A stretch of DNA of 64,000 nt from Lobosporangium transversale (GCF_002105155.1 NW_019029003.1:310001-374000), one strand, 5' to 3'; numbered from the stretch's first letter, positions 12,368 to 25,037 are shown. Numbers and translations are program-made. Notes: generated from the sequence alone by a model not told the origin.

Positions 12368-13737
12368 ATGAGCTTTAGAGGAGGTCGTGGTGGTGGAGCC
12401 CCAAGAGGTATATATTATTTAAATATCTACTCCAGTTTTTACCAGAAGACAAATAAGACTGGATGTGATTCCATTCATTATATTTACCTCCCGTCCATTG
12501 TGGGCCTATGTATTGATACGATTCGATCTTCTCATCCATGTATTTTTATTTTAGGCCGTGGCGGTAGTGCCCGTGGTGGTGGACGTGGTGGATTTGGTGG
12601 TGGTGCCCCTTCTTTCGGACCACCAGAATCTGTACTTGGTAAATGTCCTCTCATCTTTATATTGTCTTTTTTATTTTTATTTTTATTTTTATTTTTTTGT
12701 TCAATTAATCTCTCAATGGAGTAATACAAAATCTCTCGAACTTTGGACCTATCCAACAAATCATGGATCAATTGCACTCCAGGAAAGAGAAAATAATAAG
12801 ATATCAAGCCAATACATTTGTCATTGGACGGATGGGTCATGAAAATCAAACTACAACCGTCTCTCGACAAGTTCCTAGCGAACATGGTGGCCCTATTACT
12901 TTTCTCATGGATAGACATGCATGACAACAGAAATCGGACTATATCGCTTTTCATACGCTGTGGTCCGAACAAGGAGCATTAGACTTGGCAAAAAAGGGAT
13001 AATCTCTTTCTCTTCTCATTCTCATTCTATTTTCATTTTTATCTATTTATTTTTTCTATTCATTAAAGAAATGGGTCAGTTCACGCACGCTTGCGAAGGA
13101 GAAATGGTCTGTAAATCGACCAACTCTAAGATCCCATATTTCAATGCCCCCATCTACCTTGAAAACAAGAGCCAGATCGGAAAGGTCGACGAGATTCTCG
13201 GTCCTATGAACGAACTCTATTTTACAATCAAGCTTCAGGATGGCATGGTTGCAACCTCTTTCAAGCCCAATGACAAAGTCTTCATCGCCCCTGATAAGCT
13301 CTTACCTTTGGAGCGCTTCTTGCCCAAACCCAAGGCCGTCGGAAAAGGTATGTCGCTAAAAAAAAAAAAGAATTATATTACTGTTACTATTACTATAAAA
13401 ATATATTCTGATCCTTCATACCTTTGCTTCATGATTCATTCGATAGTTGCTAAGCGTGGAGGCATGCAAGGCATGAACGCTGCACGTGGTGGACGTGGCG
13501 CAGCCCGCGGTGGTGGTAAGTTGAGCCGCTTAAAATTTTATTACAAGTATTCTATATTTGAGACGCTTGTTGATTGCTTTTTCTTTTTATTTTCTTCTAG
13601 CTCGTGGTGGTCGTGGTGCTCCACGTGGTGCTCCTCGCGGTCGTGGTGGTTTTAGCCGTGGTGGCGGTGGCGGTGGTGCCCCTCGCGGTCGTGGCGGCTT
13701 CAGCCGTGGTGGCGGTGGCGGTCGTGGCCGCGGATAA
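12368..13737 (+). CDS. GAR1: H/ACA ribonucleoprotein complex subunit Gar1 (multi-exon)
   Basis: RGG-rich N- and C-termini flanking [62 protein letters not shown]. Confidence 0.96.
12732..12974 (+). ncRNA. Candidate intronic H/ACA-like structured RNA in GAR1 intron 2
   Basis: Stems 12732-12790, 12818-12870 and 12934-12968; ANANNA boxes at 12791-12796 and 12927-12932; ACA at 12969-12971 directly after the last stem. No target complementarity established. Confidence 0.35.
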
Positions 13738-13849
13738 ATATCCAGCTTTATGAGTTTGTGTGGAGATCTAGGGTATTATCGAAGTATAAAGATATTTGCA
13801 TATTGTTTTCATTTTTCACTATTTTATTGAGCTTGGTATTAAACATATT

Positions 13850-13884
<35 letters not shown>

Positions 13885-14062
13885 GGTTTCGAAGAGGGGA
13901 GGAAATGAAGGGTAACAACAAGAATAATAGCGATAACAAAAAGAAAAAAGACAATTGAAAATGTTATAAATACATGAGAAGAAGGAGTATGGAGTATGAA
14001 ACTAAAAGGGAAAAAAAACCAAAAAAGAAATACAACTCCTATTTAAGCAAATCGCCAAATCT

Positions 14063-15692
14063 TCAGATATTAGCAAGTGTAAAAACAGTGCCAACAGAAC
14101 CAACCACGACGCCTGCAAGTGCTGCTACAACTATAGCACGCTTATTACTAGGACTAACTGGTGGATCCTGAGGATCAATTAAAGCTCGCTTCCTCTTTCC
14201 TGTGGACACTGTTGTAGTTTGTGATTCGTGCTCTAGTGTGAAAGAAGTATTCATGATCTAAAAAGAAGTATAAAAAAAAATGTGAGTCGTCTAATTCATA
14301 ATACATATTTCATCTACGGGAACATGTGCATGAGTATGGCACTTTCTCTCCAAGCTTACCTCTGCTGGTATGGTGGTGAAAGTTGATGTAGTTGTGGTCG
14401 CCTCAATAATTTCCATGCGTTCGCGCTGAATTGATTCACACTGAACGTCTTCATCAGGTTTCAGGTCAGGCTCTAGTTCACATTCCTCCTTGCCTAACAC
14501 AGGTGAACCATCAGCATTGTCTTCATCTTCAACCGTGCCTATCTTATCAGAACCACCGCAACTGAATTCCGTATCAAATTCATTCACGACAGTATTCTCG
14601 TGAATAGTGTCGTCTCCATTTTGCAAAACGCTATTGCACATGTCGGAATACTCTGTGCTGCTACTGCTACTACCATCAATACCATTGGTGTCAAGGGGTG
14701 TAGTTGCTGCCGAAACTTCACTACTGAACTCTCCAAAATCCATTTCACTAATTCCGTTCATAACGTTGCTCTTGATTCGGATTATCAAATTCAATGGTCG
14801 ATATGGAATCTCCTTTCGAACTACATCACGTCCTAGTCTTACATGGTCATTGTCTTGCAAGACTCGACTTTGGATCCTTTCCTCGTTCACAAATGTTCCA
14901 TGTGTCGATCCTCTATCTTCCAGGATCAGCTGGCCATCTACCTCATACACAACAGCGTGTACTTTACTGATGACTTGATTAGGGAACAACCCATCATCAG
15001 ATCCATTCTCTGCTTGCGCAGATCTTCGTTTATCCTGAGCCAACACTTGTTGTACTCGAGCCAGACGACTGACACCAGACGAAGGGGCTCGCCCAAGTAC
15101 CAATTGCGAATTGGGTTTAAAACAAAATTTACGAGCCAAAGGCAGAGTCTCTAAAGGAGCTTGTTCCAGAATCTCGAAATAGACAGCCACTTCTTGGTCG
15201 TCCAAACCTGCATTTTTTTTTTTTTTTTTTTTTTTTTTTGGAAACACAAATATATGTACATCTTATATTAATAAACCTTATTGATAAAGCGCATGTTACC
15301 TCGAACACACACTTGTCTTGTTGTTATGAGTAGCCTTAGAGAAGCTTACTTTGAGAAAGTATCTCGTCATCGGGAGTAGCAAGCCAGACGATATCCTCTT
15401 CCTCTTCTCCTTCTTCTTCTCCTTCTTCTTCTTCTTCTTCTACTTCTCCTTCATCCTCTTCCTTTCCTTTCACTCCTGCTTTTTTTTCTTCTTCCTCTTC
15501 ATCCATTTCCTTGAGCCTGCTGGCTGCGCCCTGTTCAGATGTGGTATTATTCAGGTTTATCACTAAAGGCTCATTAAGCAGGTGTGAGAATCTAGAAGGA
15601 ATAGGAGCTGCGCCAGACAGACTTTCTGGCCATCGTAAGTGACTGCTACGCTCTTGAGCAGAGTTGGTCGGAGTTGTGGGTTGCAAAAACAT
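14063..15692 (-). CDS. FHA-domain protein with C-terminal transmembrane (tail) anchor (3 exons)
   Basis: FHA motifs LVLGR..ISKVHA..LEDRGSTHGTFVN..LQDNDHVRLG; acidic stretches; terminal hydrophobic helix AIVVAALAGVVVGSVGTVFTLANI. Introns ~15349-15209 and ~14359-14258. Confidence 0.8.
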
Positions 15693-16880
15693 GGCTGAAG
15701 TCAAGAGAATAAAAAGTGAGACAAGTCCTTTTGAGGTGTTATAAACAAGGTGTGTTGAGATGAAGCGAGCTGGGTCTTTTGGAATGGAAAACAAATGTAA
15801 AAAGTCAATGGTAGATGAAGTAAGGAAAAGAGGGTGTGAGGGAAAGGACCTGAGAGGTCTAAGGGATGTGAGTGACAGAGGGAAATTCACAAGTGAGCAA
15901 GCAAGTAGGGCTAAGAGTAATAGAGCTAATTGTAGAAGGGAAAAAAGTGAGCCGCATAATCACCTCAACCTTTTTTAAACGCGTCCTTAAACTTTGTGGC
16001 AGAAACCTCTCCACTCAATGCAGACACAAAAATGCAATTGCAATAATGCTTTTTAACTATTTTTTTTTTTTTTCCTCCTTTTCACAATGCTGGATAAATT
16101 GGATTCCACTGTCCTAAACAGCAAGTGTGGGTCGCCTAAATGCATAGATTGTTTCGACATCAGTGGCGACGTTTGGCGTTGTAACGAAAAACATATTTCA
16201 AACAAGTCATCGTCATCCGATATATCATCCATTCCTTGTTATATTCCCTGTTATCAGTTCACATGCAGCAACTTTTATTTCTGCTACTACTTCTTTCCAA
16301 GCCTGTGTCTGTAAAACAATAATAAAGTGTTCACTACCATTTTTCTTTTTGCCTTTTTTGTCGGTGAAAGAACTTGACACTGCACCACCTTGGTAAAATC
16401 GTGGTTACATCCGGCTTTGATGGCCATGGTTAATTTAAGTATAGTTTGTGGACGCCCCATTTTCTTCATTTTAGCCGTTAAATACAACTGGAAAACAGAT
16501 TCATAGAACATTTACATGTGAGTAATTGAAGCATCTTAGCCATGCGATCTAATAACACAGTCTCATCCTCTTTACTTTTTTTTTTTTTGACGCCCTCAAA
16601 ATCACAATAGGGCAAAAGGACAGAACTGAACTCAAAAGAAAAATGGACAACTTCGTTTTTTTTTTTTTTTTTTTTTTTTTTTTGTTCAATAAGTAAGATG
16701 AATAGGATACTTCAAATAAATAAAAATAGATAAAGTAAAATGAAGGAGCTCTTAAGATGGTAGGAATGACGGTATGATCATCTCAAAAGTATAAATGAAT
16801 TAGTCATAAAAACCCTGGGGGATATAGGATACTATGCAAAAAAAAAAAAGAGAAAAGAGAACACCAAATACACAAGCTAC

Positions 16881-19712
16881 TTAGATGTAGTGAATACTGC
16901 CTTGTTGACTGTGGGGTGAACCAGTTCCACCAGAAGGTGTAGGCATGGATCCACTTGCTGTGCCGAACGGACCGCCGCTTCCACCGCCACCTGCACTCCC
17001 AGCAGCTCCACTTCCACCGCTAGCACCATAGCTAGAAGAGATCTCACGTCCGTCTGAACTTGATTCATGGTAACCATCGTGAGCATGAACACCTGCCAAA
17101 CCAGAGGAAGCGCCAATTGCAGCACTCGTGCCAAAGGCCATAGGTCCAGAGTGAAGATTGAGATTGGAGCGGTTAGCAGGATGTTCCATCATCTCAGGTG
17201 CGACGACAATGTGGCCAGCCACAGGTGCACCACCAGGCAAGTTACGCACTGAACCGTACGAGCCATGAGATCCAGAACCTTCGGGTTGACGAGAGCTGTA
17301 TAAATGTCCAAGATCGCCGCCTGCTCCAGCTGCGCCTGCTCCAGAGGCAGCGCGTGACACAAACCGGCTGTTAGGGTTTTGGAGGCGACGCGATTGACGT
17401 CTAAACATGATAAAGAACACACCCGCAATCAACGCAAGAGCTGCCAAACTTCCCACAACCACGCCGACTGTGGCTCCTTGACTCAATCCATTCTTAGATA
17501 CGCCTGAGCCGTCAAGACCATTGCCACCATCACCGGCATTGGGGCCAGGAAGGTTTGTGTCACGTCCGATAGGAACGATCGTGCCACTGATCATCGTCAC
17601 TGACTCGGTAGTTTGGGTGAGAATAGGCTGGGTTTCGCTTGCCACTGTTGTAGGGATCACGACCGTGTCCGTGGTGGGAATAACAATGTTTGAAGTGGGG
17701 GTCAAAGAAGGCTCAATAGTGGCTGTTGTTACTGGGACTTCTGAGGAGGAAGATGGGCTCACTGGCTCCGTCGTGACCGGCACTTCCGTGCTCGAAACTG
17801 GAGCAGAGGTTTCTGTAGCTGTAACAGGAGCTGATGTCTCTGTAACAGGAGCTGATGTCTCTGTAACAGGAGCTGATGTCTCTGTAGCTGTGACAGGAGC
17901 TGATGTCTCTGTAGCTGTGACGGGTGCGGAGGTCTCTGTGGCCGTGACAGGAGCGGAAGTCTCTGTAGCTGTGACAGGAGCAGAAGTCTCTGTAGCTGTG
18001 ACAGGAGCAGAAGTCTCTGTGGCCGTGACAGGAGCAGAAGTCTCTGTAGCTGTGACAGGGGCCGATGTCTCTGTGATCGTGACAGGAGCCGATGTCTCTG
18101 TAGCTGTGACAGGAGCAGAAGTCTCTGTGGCCGTGACAGGCGCGGAGGTCTCCGTAACAGGAGCTGATGTCTCTGTAGCTGTGACAGGAGCAGAAGTCTC
18201 TGTGACCGTGACAGGAGCGGAAGTCTCTGTAGCTGTGACAGGGGCCGATGTCTCTGTGATCGTGACAGGAGCCGATGTCTCTGTAGCTGTGACAGGAGCA
18301 GAAGTCTCTGTGGCCGTGACAGGCGCGGAGGTCTCCGTAACAGGAGCTGATGTCTCTGTAGCTGTGACAGGAGCAGAAGTCTCTGTGACCGTGACAGGAG
18401 CGGAAGTCTCTGTAGCTGTGACAGAAGCTGATGTCTCTGTGGCCGTGACAGGAGCGGAAGTCTCTGTAACCGTGACAGGAGCTGATGTCGCTGTAACCGT
18501 GGCAGGAGCTGATGTCGCTGTAACCGTGGCAGGAGCTGATGTCGCTGTAACCGTGGCAGGAGCTGATGTCTCTGTAGTGGCAGTAATAGGAACGGAAGTT
18601 TCTGTAGCTGTGATGGAGACCGATGTCTCCGTAACCGTAACAGAGGCAGAGGTTTCTGTTACTGTAACAGGAACCGATGTCTCCGTAGTGGCAGTAATGC
18701 CTGTAGAAACAGAAGAGCTTGGAGATTCCGAAAGTGTAACAGTGGGACTTGGTGTAATAGTTGGTGTGACAATAGGGCTCGACATTTCCGTAGATGTGGC
18801 TGTGATCGTGCTAGTATCCGTCACCATAGATGTGCTCGTAATATTGTCAGTAGAAGTGATTGTGCTGACTGAGGAAGTAGGAGTTTCGACCGTGGTTGTA
18901 GTGAAAGGAGCGCTAGATGAGGTCGTCATGGGGATTGTCGTCGTCGTTGTGGTTGTCGTCGTTGTGGTTGTCGTCGTCGTGGTTGTCGTAGATGACGAGG
19001 CTGGGTTTTTAGTCGTATTGTCTCCATTGCCAGGATCGGGGTTCTCATCGCCTGGCTCTGTTCCTTCATTGTCAGGTTCGGTTCCTATATCAATTTCGGT
19101 TCCCCCTTTGTCAGGTTCGGTTTCTCCTTTCTCAGGATCAGTTTCCCCTTTGTCAGGCTTGGTTTCTTCTTTATCAGGCTTGGTTTCCTCTTTATCAGGC
19201 TTGGTTTCTTTATCAGGTTTAGTTTCCTCTTTGCCAGGGTTATTTTTTTCTTTACCGGATTCAGTTTCCTCTTTACCAGGGTCAGTTTCTTCTTTGCCAG
19301 GTTCAGTTTCTTCTTTGTCGGGTTTGTTTCTCCCCTTTTCAGGTTCAGTATCACCATTGTCAGGACTGGGATCGGCGTTAGGATCCTCATTGTCTTCCAC
19401 GGCCATCACACCAACACCTCCTTCACTTGGATCAGCATTTTTGACATGATGTTGCCGCTCCTGCCGCTGCTGCCGTAGGACATGGCCAGGAACGGTTACA
19501 ACGCGGGTGGTGGTTGAGGGAGAGGCGGGAGCAGTCATGGATGGAGCTTCGGTCAAAGTACGGGGAGTATCATTTGAATGGCCTTTGCGATGAGGGACAG
19601 CCTCTGTCTTTGTAGGTACGGGCTTGTTTGCCTCAAGTGAGGCAGAGTGCTCTGCACGGCGCCTGACTGCGCCAGGTGCTCTATGTCTGAAATAAAAACC
19701 TGGAAGAGACAT
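16881..19712 (-). CDS. Ser/Thr-rich single-pass membrane mucin/adhesin-like protein (true 5' end uncertain)
   Basis: 943-aa ORF with KEETKPD-type repeats, a poly-Thr run, TETSAPVTA tandem repeats, TM helix GATVGVVVGSLAALALIAGVFFIMF followed by RRQSRR and a Gly/Ser-rich tail. Confidence 0.8.
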   Translation of the reverse strand: MSLPGFYFRHRAPGAVRRRAEHSASLEANKPVPTKTEAVPHRKGHSNDTPRTLTEAPSMTAPASPSTTTRVVTVPGHVLRQQRQERQHHVKNADPSEGGVGVMAVEDNEDPNADPSPDNGDTEPEKGRNKPDKEETEPGKEETDPGKEETESGKEKNNPGKEETKPDKETKPDKEETKPDKEETKPDKGETDPEKGETEPDKGGTEIDIGTEPDNEGTEPGDENPDPGNGDNTTKNPASSSTTTTTTTTTTTTTTTTTTIPMTTSSSAPFTTTTVETPTSSVSTITSTDNITSTSMVTDTSTITATSTEMSSPIVTPTITPSPTVTLSESPSSSVSTGITATTETSVPVTVTETSASVTVTETSVSITATETSVPITATTETSAPATVTATSAPATVTATSAPATVTATSAPVTVTETSAPVTATETSASVTATETSAPVTVTETSAPVTATETSAPVTETSAPVTATETSAPVTATETSAPVTITETSAPVTATETSAPVTVTETSAPVTATETSAPVTETSAPVTATETSAPVTATETSAPVTITETSAPVTATETSAPVTATETSAPVTATETSAPVTATETSAPVTATETSAPVTATETSAPVTATETSAPVTETSAPVTETSAPVTATETSAPVSSTEVPVTTEPVSPSSSSEVPVTTATIEPSLTPTSNIVIPTTDTVVIPTTVASETQPILTQTTESVTMISGTIVPIGRDTNLPGPNAGDGGNGLDGSGVSKNGLSQGATVGVVVGSLAALALIAGVFFIMFRRQSRRLQNPNSRFVSRAASGAGAAGAGGDLGHLYSSRQPEGSGSHGSYGSVRNLPGGAPVAGHIVVAPEMMEHPANRSNLNLHSGPMAFGTSAAIGASSGLAGVHAHDGYHESSSDGREISSSYGASGGSGAAGSAGGGGSGGPFGTASGSMPTPSGGTGSPHSQQGSIHYI
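17797..18700. repeat. Coding minisatellite, 27-nt (and 21-nt) units encoding T(A)TETSAPV
   Basis: Repeated gtgacaggagc(a/t/g)ga(a/t)gtctctgt(a/g)gc units, with a higher-order 183-nt duplication (18061 vs 18244). Confidence 0.95.
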
Positions 19713-20837
19713 TGTGTACAGTCTCGTATTTTGTTATCTATGTAATCTGTAGAATAGATGGATAAAGATAAACACATTACTGTCAGAATTAGTGGCAATG
19801 AAGACAACATGTCAAAGAAGGAAGTCGTTGCATCTGCGGCAACTGTCTTTTTTTTTTTTCCTCGTTCATAAAAAAAAAGGGGAGAAAATTCAGGAACAAA
19901 GTCTTGAAATGAATTAATAAAAGAAAGACTAGCCTGTTTGAGATCCATTAAAAGTTTAACGATGTGTGCCTGAAAATTACAGCATTCAAATTTTATATAC
20001 AAGCATGATCGTAGATAATAATAATAATAAAATAAAAAAGGGCGGAAATTGATAGAAAAATAAATACTCTCAGGCAGGCATCATGCTTTGTGTTTGAGTT
20101 TGTGTTTGTGAAAATAAGGGCCAGAGTAAAGGGCTGAAGAGAGTGCGTATAAAAATGTGAACGATAAAAATAACAAATGGTAATTAAATTGACAAGGGCT
20201 AATAATAACAACCACACTAATCCAAGAAACAAATGATTAGATTACAAACAAAATATAATACACCTTCCCATTTGGAGACAACATTGACAATTTGCATGAA
20301 CATGAACATGAATAATGGATGAGAAAGAGCGAGGACAGGAGAAGAAAAGAGAGAGAAAGAGAAAGTGTGTGTGTGTGGAGTGGAATGAGTCAGATCTTGT
20401 TGCTTTTTTTACCTTCTCCAGTATGTGGAGGGAGAATGGGTGAGAGATAAAAAGACAGAGAGAAAAGATGGGGGGAAAGAAGAGAGAGAAAGAATGATGG
20501 TGCAGGCCGTGAACAAGGGCGAGGGCGAGGGCGAAGGAAGAAGGGCAAAGGAATGCAGGTACAGGTAGTGTAAATGTACGAAGGTTTGTATAAGGTATGG
20601 AGCCAAGCTGGGTGGTCGTTGTAGGAATTAAAATCGTAAAAAGAAAGTAAAGAGGCTGGGCTTCTGAATGAAGGTGGACGAAGTGGATAGATGGAATGAG
20701 GAGACGGAGAGAATGTAAGAATGAGAGATGGAGTAGATGACGCGGATGGTGGAGGAGAGAAGTAGAAAGGGAGGATGGACGTGAGAAAGAAGGAAGGGAA
20801 GGGAAGGAGAGCGTGAAAGAAGGCCACAGCACAGGAA

Positions 20838-20871
<34 letters not shown>

Positions 20872-22157
20872 AAAGAAAAAAGAAAAGAGAAAAAGAGATG
20901 GATAGCAGGGGCATTGAGCACAGCATAGCAAGTGGATGGGCGCGCTTTCTTAATCACCCAATCTGTTCATCCCAAACTTCAAAGTACCCAATTGTTTGTT
21001 TTGAATTCTATTTGTTCCATGTTGAAAATGTTGCATGTTCAATGTTACATTGCTTTTGCTTTCTAATTATTTCACCGCCACTCCTCAACTCCTCTGCAAA
21101 TGTATGTCTTCTTTCTTCCTCTTTCTCCCTTTCTTTCTTCTTTCTGTAGGCACATGTATAATGAATTCGACTTTACTCACCTACAGCCAGCTTTGAGTTA
21201 AAGACAAGGAAAGATAGGCGCACGCATTTCATTCTCATCACCCACCCACATTCACACACTACTCTGCATGATTTGCATCTACTGCTTCGTGTACAAAAGA
21301 AAAAGAGCACAAAAAAAAAAAAAAAAAAAAGAGCAGTTTACAAAAACAAAGAGAGCCTGCAAAGTATCAAAAAAAAAATTTTTTTCCATTCTTCCGCCAG
21401 TCTGTTCCAAACAGGATAAAATACTCACGAGCAAAGGCGTATCACCCTATTGAGCCTGGCCAATATCACTGACGCATCCTTGCATCCTTCCTGGTTGGTC
21501 TTTTTTATCTACTGTATCAACAAGTGTCGTCTTCTGTTTTGATTTGTACCCCCATTCAAAGGAATGCGGCGAGGATACACTGGATAAAAAATGACGATGG
21601 CTCATTAATTGGAAAGAGAAAACCTAGACCTACAAATTAATATTCGGATCTCTAATGTATAACTTCATCTCTCAATCTAACCGTCGTGACACACGCGTAT
21701 TCTCTTTTATTTTTATTTTACTATCATTATTATATATCTGTATAAATATACTTGTATATACCATTTTGAAAATGAGGTTGGAAAACCACAGTCAAACTTA
21801 AAGGCTCATTCTTATTCTTATTGGTCTGTTTGAACTGTTCGTCCAATCCTTCACGCACAGCCAAGCATGTTCTTATTATCTCATGTTTATTCATCCTCCT
21901 TTCAGTTCTGCTAGTTTTGCCATAAACTTCTGCGACAATCCCAATTCTATGGATTAGTACTGATAAAACTGACTTGATTGTCAAGTACTCACATAAAATA
22001 CTCATCATTAATAAAGAAATCGACTTTTAACAAACAGGGTAACTAATATAATTGTAGACTAAAAAAAAAAAAAAAAAAAAAGGATTCCGAACGCTGACAA
22101 CTGTTTTGCAAAGTAGAAGAGGGGCACTAAAGAGCCAGAGGCCAGCCAAGGTGGCTC

Positions 22158-22924
22158 CTATGTGAGATTCATACGACTCACACGCTCCTCCATTTCATCG
22201 ATATCAAAGTCTGTACTAGGCTTATTCGATACACCACGGGTCGTATAGTATCCACTCTTGTACCCATGTTCCTCATCATCAAACTCATCTTCATGTTCTT
22301 CATCGTGGTCGTCCGTACCATACTCATCGCGTGGAGGTCGATTGCCAGAATGGCCCCCTTGCTGACGTTCTCCGAAGAATGGTCCAAATCCATCGTTATC
22401 CGGTCCAAATTCAAAGAAATTATCCAGAATTGTCTCCACTCGCTTCTTAACAGATGGACCAAGCGGCGCCATAACCGATGATGGTTTGGGACTACCATCT
22501 GGTGCAAATCGAAGGTGTTGCAATGGACGGGGCGTCAGTTTGAGATTATCGAGATGTCGCAGATGAAATTCTGCTGGTGTTTGACTTGATAGCTTAAGTA
22601 GCTCTAGCAGAATCGTCCCGCCCTCACAATCATTTACCCAAATCTTCATAAATTGTTCCTTAGGATAATGTTCATTGCACCTTAAAACGTTGAATATGAT
22701 GTCCAGCAACTTCGTCAAGAGAGCAGAGTGTCGTAGGCCAACAGCTGGAAGGATATAGTTTGCTTTGCGAGCCGGACGAGGATCGATCAACTGAGCAATA
22801 GATGGAAGCAGATCAAGGCGATAGACAAGATGCCTATGATGACATTTAAGATATACCATGCCGTTGTTAATGCTCCACAATTTCCAACAGAAAAGTTTAG
22901 CAATAAGCTCCTCGTAGTATGCGC

Positions 22925-22955
<31 letters not shown>

Positions 22956-24477
22956 TGTTGTTATTTTTTCACATACCCTGTAATATCAAGATCCAGTACA
23001 CTGGTTGCATTGCTAACCACCCAAGCAGCCTCGCGCAAAACTCGCCAGTCTCCACCTTCGTCGTGACCCTCTGTGCCCTCTGCAAGTTCTTCGCCTCCAA
23101 TATCTCCTCTCCGAAGGACGTCTAAAACACGACGCATCACATTACCATTGTCCTGGATGGTGACTTCCCGCACTTGATCTGCTGTGCCTGCAGTAATATT
23201 AGAGATGCCCAGCAGTGCATCCCGACGAATGGTACTGTTATGATGACCCAACATCTCCTCTGATCCTAGGACTGGAATCGCCTCCGCATCAATCAAGAGT
23301 TGAGTATGGTGCTCTGGACCAGAAGCAATATTAATCAGTGATCTGAGAGAAGGAACTTGGATCGTAGGATGAGGCTCGCTATGTTTCCATGCATGCACAA
23401 ATTCAACTTAGTCTTCAAATAATAATTTAATTTATCCGGAAAAAAATAAAAATAAAATAAAATAAAATAAAAAAACAACATTGCAGCTCCCTGCAGTCGC
23501 TTACCTTAGCAACGCCACGAAACGTGCGCACAGCTCTCGATCAATAACAACAGTATCCAGATTCATCTTGTGCGTGCCATTGAGGATTCGACACATTGCC
23601 CAGCTAGAATGCAAAGAAACCGAGATTAATATGCATCGTTTGTATATCTCGATTATAAAGAGCTTCCTATAGCTCCATTATTTTATCAACACTTGCCATG
23701 TATCTGCCAGAATTTCCACATCGTCGGAATACATGAGACGACGAAGTATTGGAAATGCAGGCGTAACCTAAAGGTCGTAATTGCATAGGATACCGTAAAT
23801 TCGCCTTAAAAATAAATCTCTGGGATGACTGATAATGATAGACTGCCGGTTGGTATTCCAAATGCTATATCCGAATAGGCGTCTGTTTATACCTGTAACC
23901 ACTCTGGTGCACAACGACCGCTTCCCCTGCAGAGGTTGGAGACGCACCATACAGCAATCCTCAAAATCATATATTTTTGATCCTTGGCAACAGAGGGATC
24001 CTCACACATCTCAATGAGCTGTATGATCACTTCCAAAGCACCAGATCCTAGAATGAGATCACGAAATGGAGGACCGTCACCTGATATGTTTCCTAGCGCC
24101 CAAATGGTCTAAAACAGAAAAATTAGCTCGATACCCATGACACAGCCCAAGATCTGTGCTGGAAATAACCGAGAGTGGTCTCTATACCTGTGTTTGAACA
24201 TGAACGCATCTGGACACGCGAAGATTATGAATTAATGGAGCCAAGATACCAGCATTGACAAGTCTTTCTGTTTGTTGAGTGGTTCCTGCCTAGATAATGA
24301 AAGCAACACAAAAAGAGTTGATCAGTCCTTGATCAATGATTTATCAGGAGAAGAAAAAAAACTGTTTCAGCTCCAACTGGTAGCGGCTTTTCATTGACTT
24401 ACAGCAATGTTTGTAACAACCCACGCAGTTTCATACTAGGCAAGGCAAGATGAAAAAGTAGTGATAGCAAGAGGGTC

Positions 24478-24510
<33 letters not shown>

Positions 24511-25003
24511 ATCCTAGATCTTCCCTTAATGCCTCTGAAATTGATCACGGACTAGATATTCTAAGCCATACTTGAAGATCCGGACAGTCGCTCATGTTCA
24601 GAAAGGTGATGAAAAAGTTAATGCAGTCCAATGCCAGCACATTATCAATTCTTGGCAGTACATCCTCTAATAAAAAAATGAGTATGATGGTCAGTAGAGC
24701 TGAGTTAGCTTGGCTTTGTCATCTAAATCAAACAGTAAGTATCAAGCAACAAGCATTGTACTTGGCCATTATTGGCCAGATGAAGAGAGAAAAAAAAAAG
24801 CGTGGGACCCTTGCTTATGGGTCCAAAAGTCAAACATGTCTTTTCACGGTTGAACAAAGGGATTACAAAAAAAAAAAAAAAAAAAAAAACACTCACGTAG
24901 TGATAAGTACTTGCGGATTCGCACCATGGCTAGCAACTGCTGCTCATATACTCCAGAAGCTAACAAATTGTATAAAGGTTGCGCAAATGTCGGTAGCTAC
25001 CAA

Positions 25004-25037
<34 letters not shown>

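Noticed and set aside
17797..18700. CRISPR-like array
   Set aside because: Units are directly tandem, in-frame coding repeats without unique spacers; eukaryotic context and no cas genes.
17521..19449. 642-aa Val/Ser/Gly-rich ORF on the + strand
   Set aside because: Antisense shadow of the Thr-rich repeat gene; the repeat simply lacks stops in that frame, and the minus-strand product has the coherent TM and tail.
20242..20957. Overlapping Phe/Ser/Leu-rich ORFs
   Set aside because: Translations of pyrimidine-rich low-complexity leader DNA and poly-T runs; no domain signal.
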